Below, piece after piece: positions 35,738 to 45,137 of a DNA stretch of 64,000 nt. Position 1 is the stretch's first letter. Each line of letters begins with the position of its first letter. The stretch is from a virus. Taxonomy: Duplodnaviria; Caudoviricetes. Where the stretch lies: positions 1-64,000 of IMG/VR virus record IMGVR_UViG_3300029288_007102. One strand, written 5' to 3'. Under the pieces are notes generated by a model, which saw only the letters and a program-made list of their open reading frames with translations, did not search any database and was not told the origin of the DNA. The position numbers were made by a program, and so were the translations under genes.

Positions 35738-36451
35738 ATGAAATTTAGAAATAATACCGGGAATCGTGTAGCGTTAGAAGTAATTTTGCCTTCAGGGAAA
35801 GTTACTGATTATATCGATCCATATGCTTTGTCTAATATGGATTATGAAGAAAGTGTTGTAAGGAATTCCAGGGATTTTCAGATCTATCTGGCAAAAAAGG
35901 TTTTAGTCCCAGAGGTGCAAGCGAAAGAAGGCGGTCAAGAAGTAATTGTTGCTGCGGAAATACCTAAGAAGGAACCGATAGAGAGTGTTGGCACTGGAGA
36001 ACAAATTCCGACAACAACGATAGGGGTTGCTCAAAATGAGTCTTCAATTGATATTGAGGGTGATTATTCTGGCGGGGCATCAGTGATTTCAAAAGCACCT
36101 AATGAGACTTTTGCTAGAGAGAAAACAGTTGCTGAGTTGGCTGCTGAAAAGATGCAGACTGCTAGCGAGGTTGTAAGCGGAGTATTGGATCATAAAGAGG
36201 AATTAATAAAACAGCAAGAAGCAAAAATAAGAAAAGCTATTGAAGCGGGAGTCGCTACAGATACTATTGGTGGACAACAAGTAACTGAGCGTATTTCTGG
36301 CTTTAACAAGCTGGGTTATTTTGCTAAGAAAGCAGAGATTTCTAAGACGACAGATAAAGCCTTTTTGGCGGAAGTGTTAGCTTTTGTGACTAATGAGAAT
36401 GTAAAAGCCTTGGCGAGAGCACGAATCCAGGAGATTTCAAATAAAGGATAA
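35738..36451 (+). CDS. Hypothetical virion-associated protein
   Basis: AGGAGG RBS; follows capsid gene. Confidence 0.65.
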   Translation: MKFRNNTGNRVALEVILPSGKVTDYIDPYALSNMDYEESVVRNSRDFQIYLAKKVLVPEVQAKEGGQEVIVAAEIPKKEPIESVGTGEQIPTTTIGVAQNESSIDIEGDYSGGASVISKAPNETFAREKTVAELAAEKMQTASEVVSGVLDHKEELIKQQEAKIRKAIEAGVATDTIGGQQVTERISGFNKLGYFAKKAEISKTTDKAFLAEVLAFVTNENVKALARARIQEISNKG

Positions 36452-36466
36452 TGGGGAGACATATAT

Positions 36467-36940
36467 ATGAACACAAGAACGAAGATCAGATTTAGAGTTT
36501 ACGACAGGGATATTGATCGTCTGGTTCTTCTATGGGATGGGCAGGGCTTGAATGAGAGACAAAAAGGCAAGGTTGAACTTGCTGTTGGAGATATTGACGG
36601 GGCGGACGAAAGGCCTCTAGTTTTCAAGACTGCTTCTGAGGGGGAGATTCAGAAATGTAATCTGCCTAAAGGATTAACTATGGCGGTTATAGATCACAAG
36701 GAGAACAATATGGACCCTAAGGAACCTTGTGGTGTTAAGTTGATCCTGGGGGCTGGCAATGAAATGATAATCGAATCTCTGCGGGTTCTCCCGGCTGGGA
36801 TGCTGCCGATGACAGAATGTGATAATAGATATAGAAACGCTCATCTATATTTATTTAACGACAAGATTAATAAATGGCAGAAGGCTTTGTGTGAAGAGGA
36901 TGAAGATGGACGGCCTCGGCTGTTAGTCTCACTTAAATAA
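36467..36940 (+). CDS. Hypothetical protein
   Basis: GGGGAG RBS. Confidence 0.65.
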   Translation: MNTRTKIRFRVYDRDIDRLVLLWDGQGLNERQKGKVELAVGDIDGADERPLVFKTASEGEIQKCNLPKGLTMAVIDHKENNMDPKEPCGVKLILGAGNEMIIESLRVLPAGMLPMTECDNRYRNAHLYLFNDKINKWQKALCEEDEDGRPRLLVSLK

Positions 36941-36948
36941 GGAGCTAT

Positions 36949-37695
36949 ATGTCTACTTATATTTATTGGCAGGTTTCTAGTGCGGTGCAAACTCAGGGGT
37001 ATACTTATTGGGACAAGGCTAGGGTTTATCGGTCTCCAGCAGAAAACGATTTGTCCCAATATTCCCTGACAGATACGATAAACTCTGTTGTGGGGACTAC
37101 GTGGACTGTAAATTATACAGATGCCACTGCGGGGAATGGCACAGACAAGTTTTACATCGTTAAATATTACAACACTGCGGGTAGTATTGAAGATGTGAAT
37201 ATCCAAGTAACCCATTTCCCGTTGTCTCCCAGAGAAGCCAGGATCGTCCAGATTACGCAGCATATGATGGATCCTCGGCTTACGGTAGGTATGCAAGACT
37301 ATGATTTTCTGCAGGCGATTAATATGTCTTTGCAGATGTTTAATTCCTATCCGCCTCCGACAAGTTTTACGTGGGACAATTTGCCTTATGGGTATGAGGC
37401 GATAATTTCTATGGGTGCGATGATCTCTGCGGTTTTACAACGATTCCTTGGTGTCTCTATGCGAGACTTTAGTTATAATGATCAAGGATTGTCTTTAAAT
37501 TTAGATTTGCAGGGTAAGATGAAAGGTGCAGTGGAAGAGGTCTGGCGGCTGTATGAGCCAATGATTAAGTTATTTAAACTTGAAGAGTCTCCTTCCGGCA
37601 TAGGGCTTGGGTCATGGGCGATCCCACTGGGAGTGGGGAGGGTGAGTAGTGCTCTCATGAACGTTTTGGACCTTTATAGAAGTTACAGCTACTAG
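36949..37695 (+). CDS. Head-tail adaptor/neck protein with N-terminal Ig-like domain
   Basis: MSLQMFNSYPP.T.F...DFSYNDQGLSL motif; position after capsid. Confidence 0.6.
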   Translation: MSTYIYWQVSSAVQTQGYTYWDKARVYRSPAENDLSQYSLTDTINSVVGTTWTVNYTDATAGNGTDKFYIVKYYNTAGSIEDVNIQVTHFPLSPREARIVQITQHMMDPRLTVGMQDYDFLQAINMSLQMFNSYPPPTSFTWDNLPYGYEAIISMGAMISAVLQRFLGVSMRDFSYNDQGLSLNLDLQGKMKGAVEEVWRLYEPMIKLFKLEESPSGIGLGSWAIPLGVGRVSSALMNVLDLYRSYSY

Positions 37696-37763
37696 GACAA
37701 TTTTGTCAAGATTGACAATGTTTCTCGTCGGAGAATGAAATCATTGAATGAAGAGGAGAATAT

Positions 37764-38669
37764 ATGTCAGAGAAATGTAAGATTTGCAATTTGGTAAATG
37801 TGTCCCCGAGTCATTTGAATAAAACCCACAAGATTTCTCTTTATGAATATAGAGAAAAATATAGTCCTGATTTTGTGTGGGATACAGGCAATAAAGGGCA
37901 TACCCCCTGGAATAAAGGAAAAGCTCTTAGGGGCGACCCGAAGTATAAAAATATGGGGTATCATGGCGTTCACTCCCCTGAGCACACAGCAAAGTTAATG
38001 GCTGGTAGAGCCAAGTGGGCGGAAGAACACCCTGAAGAAGTTGCTAAATATAGCGTTGAAAAGCAACTTAAGAAGTATATGAAGAAGCATCCAGATTTCT
38101 ATGAGGTGCGTAGCAAGAACCATCCATTAGACGGAAAGAATCACCCTATGTATGGCAAGAAGCATTCAGAAGCAACCAGGGTAAAATTAAGTAAGGCGAC
38201 CACTTCTTATATGAACGCTCACCCTGAATTTGCCAAAGAGAAAGTTCGCCAGATGAATGCAGGGAATCCTCCTGGTCATCACTCTCGTGTCCTTAAAGAA
38301 TTATATAAGAATCCAGAATGGCATGATAGAGTTCTTTCTCCCCAAATGCACACTCGCAAGATGTCTTCTTATGAGCAGAGGGTATCGGATCTCATTAAGA
38401 AATACAAACTGCCTTATAAGTTTGTAGGCAACGGAGAAGTATGGATAGGCCAGAAGAACCCTGACTTTATTAACACTAATGGGGAGAAGAAGATAATTGA
38501 GGTTTATTCTGAGTATCATGTAGGTTTTTGGAAAGACAAGGATTATGAATCTAAACGGAGCAAGCTCTTTGCCAAGTATGGTTTCCAGACAATCTTTCTG
38601 ACTGAGCAAGATTTATTTGCCAGGAATTGGGAAAGTATCTGTTCCTTTAAGTTGGGGGTACAGATATGA
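37764..38669 (+). CDS. Free-standing homing-type endonuclease (NUMOD3 + Vsr/PD-(D/E)xK-like domain)
   Basis: HPMYGKKHSEATRVKLS, PWNKG, NPDFIN...IIEVYSEYH. Confidence 0.75.
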   Translation: MSEKCKICNLVNVSPSHLNKTHKISLYEYREKYSPDFVWDTGNKGHTPWNKGKALRGDPKYKNMGYHGVHSPEHTAKLMAGRAKWAEEHPEEVAKYSVEKQLKKYMKKHPDFYEVRSKNHPLDGKNHPMYGKKHSEATRVKLSKATTSYMNAHPEFAKEKVRQMNAGNPPGHHSRVLKELYKNPEWHDRVLSPQMHTRKMSSYEQRVSDLIKKYKLPYKFVGNGEVWIGQKNPDFINTNGEKKIIEVYSEYHVGFWKDKDYESKRSKLFAKYGFQTIFLTEQDLFARNWESICSFKLGVQI

Positions 38670-39142
38670 AGGAAATAAAAGCACCGGATAAGTTTGAATT
38701 CGATGGTACGACAGCGATCTTTTTGGCTGGGAGCATTGAGCAGGGGAAAGCGGTTGATTGGCAAAAAGAGATAGTTAAACTCCTTGAGGAAGCCAATGTG
38801 GAGATAACTATTCTTAATCCCCGGAGAGATAACTGGAACGCTAAGTTAGATCAAAGGAAAGATAATCCTGATTTCCGGGAACAGGTAGAATGGGAATTGG
38901 AAGCTCAGGAGAGAGCAAATCATATTCTGATGTTTTTTGATAAAGAGACTAAGTCTCCAATTACTTTATTGGAACTTGGTTTGTTCGCCAGGACAGGGAG
39001 ATTGATTGTGTGTTGTCCGGAAGGGTTCTGGCGAAAGGGGAATGTAGATATTGTTTGTGAGAAATATAATGTGGAACAGGTGGAAACGATTGAAGGGTTG
39101 GTGTTAACCCTTCTACATAAGCTAGCACAAAATAAAGTGTAA
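38666..39142 (+). CDS. Nucleoside 2-deoxyribosyltransferase-like protein
   Basis: IFLAGSI...WQ...NPRR..W...QVEWE...SPITLLELG...GNVDIVC. Confidence 0.8.
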   Translation: MKEIKAPDKFEFDGTTAIFLAGSIEQGKAVDWQKEIVKLLEEANVEITILNPRRDNWNAKLDQRKDNPDFREQVEWELEAQERANHILMFFDKETKSPITLLELGLFARTGRLIVCCPEGFWRKGNVDIVCEKYNVEQVETIEGLVLTLLHKLAQNKV

Positions 39143-39257
39143 TTGTTCCCCGGCCTCTGTGGCATTGCCAACCTTTCTTGGCTCCTAAAAATAAAAATAA
39201 TGGAGCATTAAATGGCTTTAACCCGCCAGTGGCTGGGACTTAAAACTAAGGAGAGAT

Positions 39258-42200
39258 ATGAAATCGACTGCGAGTATGTTAGATTGGGGCAAGCAAGGGC
39301 TTGATCCTGCTGTGTTTGATGATCAGGGGAAATTAAAACCTGAACACAAAGAACATATTCTCTCCAAATTATATAAGAAGTTGGAGGATGCCGGGCTTCA
39401 GCATTATGCGGAGTGGATTGATACGATCCACATCATAGGCAGTTTAACTTCCTATCGGTATGCTAAGGCTACAGATGTAGACATCCATCCTGTTGTCAAT
39501 TTAGAAAAGTTCCTGGAAGCAGAAGAACAGGAGTTAGATTTCCAGGGAGCATCAGATCTCTTGAATGAACTTGGTAAAGAGTTGAGCCGGGAAGAGACTG
39601 AGGTGTTAGATGGGACTAATCATGAGATGGAGTATTACTTTGAAACCTATTTCTTTGAAGATGGGGAACAATTGTGGATCACTCTAGCGGAGACAACTGA
39701 GGGGGATTATGATGTTTTGACAGAGGAATGGACCAAGGATCCTCTCTTTGTGGACTACGATTGGGATGCTGACACTATTTACAGTACAGTTCTAGAAGAA
39801 GCGAAGGATTTGGCCAACGAGTTTGATGTGAATATTGGAGAGATCAAGAGGGAGCTTACTGACATAGATCTGTTAGAGCAGTCTTTGCAGTCGTTTAAGA
39901 ATCAGCCTAAGCAATCTAAATTCTTCCTAGAGAAGATTGAAGAGAAGATTGATACGATTGAGGCTGACATTTTAGAGATGGCGGATAAAGGTGAGGCGGC
40001 ACACGATGAGAGAGTGGAACAGTTTGAGGGTAATGACGAAGATCTAGCTAAAGGAGTTAAGTTTAAATATTTACAAAGGTATGGTTACATTTGGTTATAT
40101 AAACAATTAAAAAAACTATTTGAGGAAGAGACGCCACCAGAATTAACCCTTGACGAGATACCACAGGTCAAAAAAATAATAAAGGAGTTTAAGATGAGTG
40201 AAAATTTATTCCAGATTCTATCAGTGCTGAAGAAGCAGGCATCCCATTTTAAGGATGAGGCCTCTTATATTGAGAGCAGTGTTCTGAAAGAACTGGGGAT
40301 GACTCCGCCCAGTGCTGGAGTAGTGCCTGTTTTTGTCCAGGGTTCAACTGAGGGGAAGGAATTTATATCTGTGGTGGCCACTGACGGGGAGCTGAAAGGT
40401 CAACGGTTTAAGGTATCTGTGGCGGATCTACACAAATTGAGTTTTAATCTTGATGAATACTCTAACGAATATCAAGAAGCTGTCCGGGAATATTTTATGG
40501 AACATCCGGAAGCCAAGATGGATACAGTGGAGACGGCATCTGGAATTCGCCAGGCTATGTTGGGGAAGAGGGCGAAAAACGTTTTGTTGGAGAAAGAGAA
40601 AGACTTCAATACTTTTAAACAATTCTTTGTGGATGCTCAGTTGAGTGCGGTAGAAGATTGGTATACAGAGCGTTGTCCGGAAGTCTATGCTGCTGCCATA
40701 GAGCTTAAGAAGCAGGAAGAGATAGAAAGTAAACAGATTCAAGATCTGTATAAGAAAACAATCGCATCATTAAACGGGGAGACAGAGCCGCTCATTAAAG
40801 ATCTTTCGTCTTTTAACAGCGGGTCAGCTGCGGTTCCCGCCAAAAAAACTAGCAGTTTTGACTCGCAGACCTATAATTGGATTAAGGCTGTTCTAATTAA
40901 TGATGAGGCTTCTACTGACGAACAATTGGTACAGCATTTTATCAAAGAAGGTCCGATGACTAAGGAAGAAGCTGAGTGGTGGGTAGGGAAGCGGAATGAA
41001 TTTTTGGCTTGTCTCCCTCAAAATGAGCCAGACTTTGAAGAAGAATTTGAGAGAGCTTTCCCGGACGAAGAAAAGAAAGAGGCTAGCCTTACTTCGGTAG
41101 TTCAGTCTATGGAGCATGCTATTGCTGGAGGATATGCTCAGATCCCTTACGCCAAACGGCAAGGGAATTGGGAATATTATCTAGATGATAATTATATTCT
41201 GCATGTTAAATATTATGCTACAGAGGTGATTACTGCGGACTTTAATGCTAAGAAGGTGTTGAAGGTCACTACTGGTGGTTACAATTCGGTATCAACCAAA
41301 GCTGGGATCACCCGGGCATTGGCTGAACTGAAGGGGTTGGGTTATGAAGTCCCAGAGATGAAAGGGTATGAGACTGAGGCTTCTATAAATAAACAGCCCG
41401 TTAAATTGGATAGTGATGAAAATTCTGCTACAGTAAGATGTAATAATTGTGGTTGGGAAGGTGTTGAGGAAGATTTGAAATTATTTAAGGATAAAGGGGA
41501 ATTTGTAAAGGGTTGTCCTAACTGTGATCATTTAGATCATGCTTTGATGGATATAAAGCGAGAGAGTAAGTTTTTTATAAACAAACAGTCTGCCAAATTG
41601 TATAACGAAAATCCTCAAGGGGTGTTTAATTTCACTCTTGAGCTTGAAGAAGGGGAGTCTAAAGCCGAGGTGATGCGGCAACTTCAGCGGGCAAGCAAGG
41701 GGAATTTGTTTATGTCTGATGAAGATCGGGCTGGTGAAGGGAAAAGTAATGTTATAAATTTTTATGTTTATGCAAAATCTCTTGAAGAGGCGAAGAACGT
41801 TTTCTCTTCTGTTTTAGGATCTTTAGGGCAAAAAGCAAAGTTAAGCAAGCAGTCAAGTAGTATAGGTATTGACTATCAAAGTAAATTCACGACAGAGGAA
41901 GAAGATGAGATAAAGGATCATGTTTGTGAAAGAATTGCCGATGCGGTATTGGAAGGTTATAGTGAAGGGGAAATTTTTATTGAAGAACTTTCAGGTGATA
42001 AGGCCGTAAAGGGTTGGTTTAAGATTGACATAGAAGAAGATGAAAATGAAGAAGATGTAAGAAATGCTGAGGTTGCTAGATTGATCCGGAAAGGTTATTC
42101 TTCCGGATATAACCCGACTTTTGAGTGGAGTGCTAATGTGTGGGATCTGAATGAGCCAGAGGGGAAATCTAAGAAGAAGAAAGCGAAATCTGAACATAGC

Positions 42201-44186
42201 GATATAGTACAAATGATGCAGATAGACAATAATTTGTTTGTAGCTAAAGATAGAGATGGCCATGTTAAATATCAAGGCACCAGGGATGAAGTAAATAAAT
42301 GGATTGATGATAGGAAGAAGGAGAGGGGGGACTCTATGCAGAGAGAGTCTGTAAAAAAAGAGCAGGTGTTTCTCTCTTACGATGAATCGGATATTGCTGA
42401 AGCTGAGGTAGAATTTAGGATGTCTGAGCCCGGGGAGTTTGACTACATATTAGATAAAGTTGAATATGAAAAGGAAGATGGAACGACAAGTGATCTATTA
42501 ACCTTATATGACGAGGTAGGGCATGATAGCCAAAAGTTTATAGCTAAAGTTAAAGAGCTTGGCCTATGGGAAGAATTTGAGGAGAAGGTCCGGGAACAGG
42601 TTTATAAGGATACAGATTTCTTACAGTTTGCCTGGCAAGATCTGATTACAGAGTTGGACTCTGAGCTTAAAAAGCGTAGCCCTTCTGGCGTATGGTATGT
42701 CAAGGGTAGGAATATGGGCTGGCAACATCGGGAAGGAGATAAATCTTTTAAGGCTGATTCTGCAGAAGAATGGTTAAAGGCGATATTACCAAATACCGAT
42801 ACCTCCTTTGATATTTATGAACTGCCGAATAATGGCTTGAAGATGGTTGTTTTCCATCATGATGCCCCTACTGGAGAAACCTACGAGGCTTACCCAAAAG
42901 AGGCTTGTGCTATTTGTGGAGAGCCAGCGGACAAGAAAATAAAAGGCGATTGGTATTGCCAGGATTGTGCGGAGAATGAAGGTATCTGGCCTAAGGAGAA
43001 GAAGGAATCTGCCAAATTATTTACCTATAACGTTATGTTGGATGGCAAAGAAATAGATACCGTTTTCTATAAGCAGGAGCAGGATCCGGAAGAAGTTAAG
43101 AACTCTTTAATTGACCATGACGGGTATGATCCCCGGATAGTGGTTGTCCTAGAAGGAAAAAAGGAAAAGGCTTTGTGGCCTAAGAAGGCGAGATTAGACT
43201 TCCAGATAATAAAAGAAGCAACGAGGTCTTTTAAGGACATAAAAGAGTTACAGAAAGAAGTCCAAGATAATGATCTTCACCCTGGAGACTATATAAAAGT
43301 TGGCGGGGTAGAATATGTGATGGTTGAATATAGTGCGATTTCTTATAAGCGGCCTGGAGGTGGAGGTGGATCCCGGTATGTTTCTTATGCCGATTCAGAC
43401 ACTTTGACTAAAGAAATAAATATAGATTATGAAGAAAAGACAGTGAGGGAAGATGAGGCAATGATTGATTGGACGGAGAAAATTGCTCCTAAGATAAAGA
43501 AGGAGTCTGAGGTTGTCCAGGCACCACCGTTTAAGGAATGGTGGGTAGACAACAAGGTGAAGCCAGAATATAAGCAGCAGTATGAGGAGTATGCCAAACA
43601 GGAGACTGATCGGGGGGAGAAGCCGAGGAGTTATGATGAATGGGCTTCTGATTATTATGATGCGATGCTGGAGAAGTCTACAACCGCTTCGTTGATCAGA
43701 AAATCAATAAAATATAGTGAGCTGCCGGACTTTAAAGATTTTCATCCAGAGGAGTTGGAAGAAGGTTATCGGTTGATGGATATTGATTATAAAATCTGGG
43801 ATAGTTTGGGGGCATTAGGCAGCCGGGATATAACAGATTTTCCTGAAAAGAAAAATGCTTATTTAGAAGAAATACAGAAACGTTTCCCAAATAAAATTCC
43901 GGCTAAGTTTTATAAGCTTTTTGAGAATGAGAATTACCATCTTTTGAATGAGGCTTTATCTAAATTGGATCTATTTGTTCCTCATATTGATGGAATAACT
44001 TATTACCAACTTAAGGCTTCTCTAGAAAGAAAAGCTTATGTGGAGAAAGTTCCTGGGCACAAAAACTCTAAAGGTGAATTGGCCGAATGGGTTATCAAGT
44101 CTCACGAGACCGATAAGATCTTGAGTTCACATAAGACAGAAGAGGCAGCGAATCAACATCTTAAAGATATGCATGCTCATTCATAG
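39258..44186 (+). CDS. Giant mosaic protein (1642 aa): N-terminal Pol-beta-type nucleotidyltransferase plus >10 small modules
   Basis: IIGSLTSY...TDVDIH; Zn ribbons CNNC/CPNC and CAIC/CQDC; repeated K-x-A/S junctions. Confidence 0.75.
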   Translation: MKSTASMLDWGKQGLDPAVFDDQGKLKPEHKEHILSKLYKKLEDAGLQHYAEWIDTIHIIGSLTSYRYAKATDVDIHPVVNLEKFLEAEEQELDFQGASDLLNELGKELSREETEVLDGTNHEMEYYFETYFFEDGEQLWITLAETTEGDYDVLTEEWTKDPLFVDYDWDADTIYSTVLEEAKDLANEFDVNIGEIKRELTDIDLLEQSLQSFKNQPKQSKFFLEKIEEKIDTIEADILEMADKGEAAHDERVEQFEGNDEDLAKGVKFKYLQRYGYIWLYKQLKKLFEEETPPELTLDEIPQVKKIIKEFKMSENLFQILSVLKKQASHFKDEASYIESSVLKELGMTPPSAGVVPVFVQGSTEGKEFISVVATDGELKGQRFKVSVADLHKLSFNLDEYSNEYQEAVREYFMEHPEAKMDTVETASGIRQAMLGKRAKNVLLEKEKDFNTFKQFFVDAQLSAVEDWYTERCPEVYAAAIELKKQEEIESKQIQDLYKKTIASLNGETEPLIKDLSSFNSGSAAVPAKKTSSFDSQTYNWIKAVLINDEASTDEQLVQHFIKEGPMTKEEAEWWVGKRNEFLACLPQNEPDFEEEFERAFPDEEKKEASLTSVVQSMEHAIAGGYAQIPYAKRQGNWEYYLDDNYILHVKYYATEVITADFNAKKVLKVTTGGYNSVSTKAGITRALAELKGLGYEVPEMKGYETEASINKQPVKLDSDENSATVRCNNCGWEGVEEDLKLFKDKGEFVKGCPNCDHLDHALMDIKRESKFFINKQSAKLYNENPQGVFNFTLELEEGESKAEVMRQLQRASKGNLFMSDEDRAGEGKSNVINFYVYAKSLEEAKNVFSSVLGSLGQKAKLSKQSSSIGIDYQSKFTTEEEDEIKDHVCERIADAVLEGYSEGEIFIEELSGDKAVKGWFKIDIEEDENEEDVRNAEVARLIRKGYSSGYNPTFEWSANVWDLNEPEGKSKKKKAKSEHSDIVQMMQIDNNLFVAKDRDGHVKYQGTRDEVNKWIDDRKKERGDSMQRESVKKEQVFLSYDESDIAEAEVEFRMSEPGEFDYILDKVEYEKEDGTTSDLLTLYDEVGHDSQKFIAKVKELGLWEEFEEKVREQVYKDTDFLQFAWQDLITELDSELKKRSPSGVWYVKGRNMGWQHREGDKSFKADSAEEWLKAILPNTDTSFDIYELPNNGLKMVVFHHDAPTGETYEAYPKEACAICGEPADKKIKGDWYCQDCAENEGIWPKEKKESAKLFTYNVMLDGKEIDTVFYKQEQDPEEVKNSLIDHDGYDPRIVVVLEGKKEKALWPKKARLDFQIIKEATRSFKDIKELQKEVQDNDLHPGDYIKVGGVEYVMVEYSAISYKRPGGGGGSRYVSYADSDTLTKEINIDYEEKTVREDEAMIDWTEKIAPKIKKESEVVQAPPFKEWWVDNKVKPEYKQQYEEYAKQETDRGEKPRSYDEWASDYYDAMLEKSTTASLIRKSIKYSELPDFKDFHPEELEEGYRLMDIDYKIWDSLGALGSRDITDFPEKKNAYLEEIQKRFPNKIPAKFYKLFENENYHLLNEALSKLDLFVPHIDGITYYQLKASLERKAYVEKVPGHKNSKGELAEWVIKSHETDKILSSHKTEEAANQHLKDMHAHS

Positions 44187-44195
44187 GGAGATTTG

Positions 44196-45128
44196 ATGGA
44201 TATTACCCAAGACATTAAAGGTGTGTATGATAATGGAGGGGAGTACAACGACCGTTATACTGTAGTCTTTAACGATATAGTTAATGAGAATTTGGGTACT
44301 TTTCTCTCTTTAGGGTTGAGTGATAATCCGAGTGGTGCGGAAGGTGTATCTATCTGGACAGAATCTTCCCTGCCGAATTCTTATTTAGGGAAAAGGATTG
44401 AATTTGCGGAGTTGCCAGACAAACTTAAGAAGTATGTTGAAAAACAATATTATGGCAAAACAGCTTCTTTGGAGGGGATGAAGAAAATGGCTGATGTGAG
44501 TTGGGATCAGGAAGAAGTGTTAAAGGAATTGGTTGAAGAATTCGGTAAAGACTCTAAAGAGGAAATTGAAGGATCTCTGGATCTGGAAAAAGGTAGATAT
44601 TCTAGTTGGGGGCATTGTGGCTCTTTCACTTTTGGGGGAATTGAATACAATTTAATGGAGAGCGAAGATGACGCTGAACAGATCGCTTTTGAGTTAGTTA
44701 AAGATGACTTGGTTGACCAGCCGGAAATATTTACCCAATCTTGGCTACAAAGTTATATTGACGAGGATCGTTGGATGGACGATCTAGAGGGGGATTTGAG
44801 GACTTGGGTGGAAGAAGAGCCGAGCTCTTATACTGCCTTTATTGATAATGAGGACCCCGCAGAGGAAGACGGTACCTATTCTGAAGATCAAATTGATAGA
44901 ATGGTGGAAGGATATAAGGAGGACATTTTAAAACAAGGGTTATTGGATTGGATGCAGCATGATCTGGGATATGAAGGGGATGAGTTGGCCAAACAGATGA
45001 CCCCTTATATAGACCTTAACGAGGCTGCTCAAGGAGCTATTGACACAGATGGCTGGGCACATTTTTTATCTTTGTATGATGGGGATTATAACATTACCAA
45101 GAATGGATTAGTTTATTTCAGGGAATAG
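44196..45128 (+). CDS. Two-module acidic protein
   Basis: YDNGG...DRYTV...LGKRIEFAELP module, junction GKTASL..KKMAD. Confidence 0.65.
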   Translation: MDITQDIKGVYDNGGEYNDRYTVVFNDIVNENLGTFLSLGLSDNPSGAEGVSIWTESSLPNSYLGKRIEFAELPDKLKKYVEKQYYGKTASLEGMKKMADVSWDQEEVLKELVEEFGKDSKEEIEGSLDLEKGRYSSWGHCGSFTFGGIEYNLMESEDDAEQIAFELVKDDLVDQPEIFTQSWLQSYIDEDRWMDDLEGDLRTWVEEEPSSYTAFIDNEDPAEEDGTYSEDQIDRMVEGYKEDILKQGLLDWMQHDLGYEGDELAKQMTPYIDLNEAAQGAIDTDGWAHFLSLYDGDYNITKNGLVYFRE

Positions 45129-45137
45129 GAGTAATTA

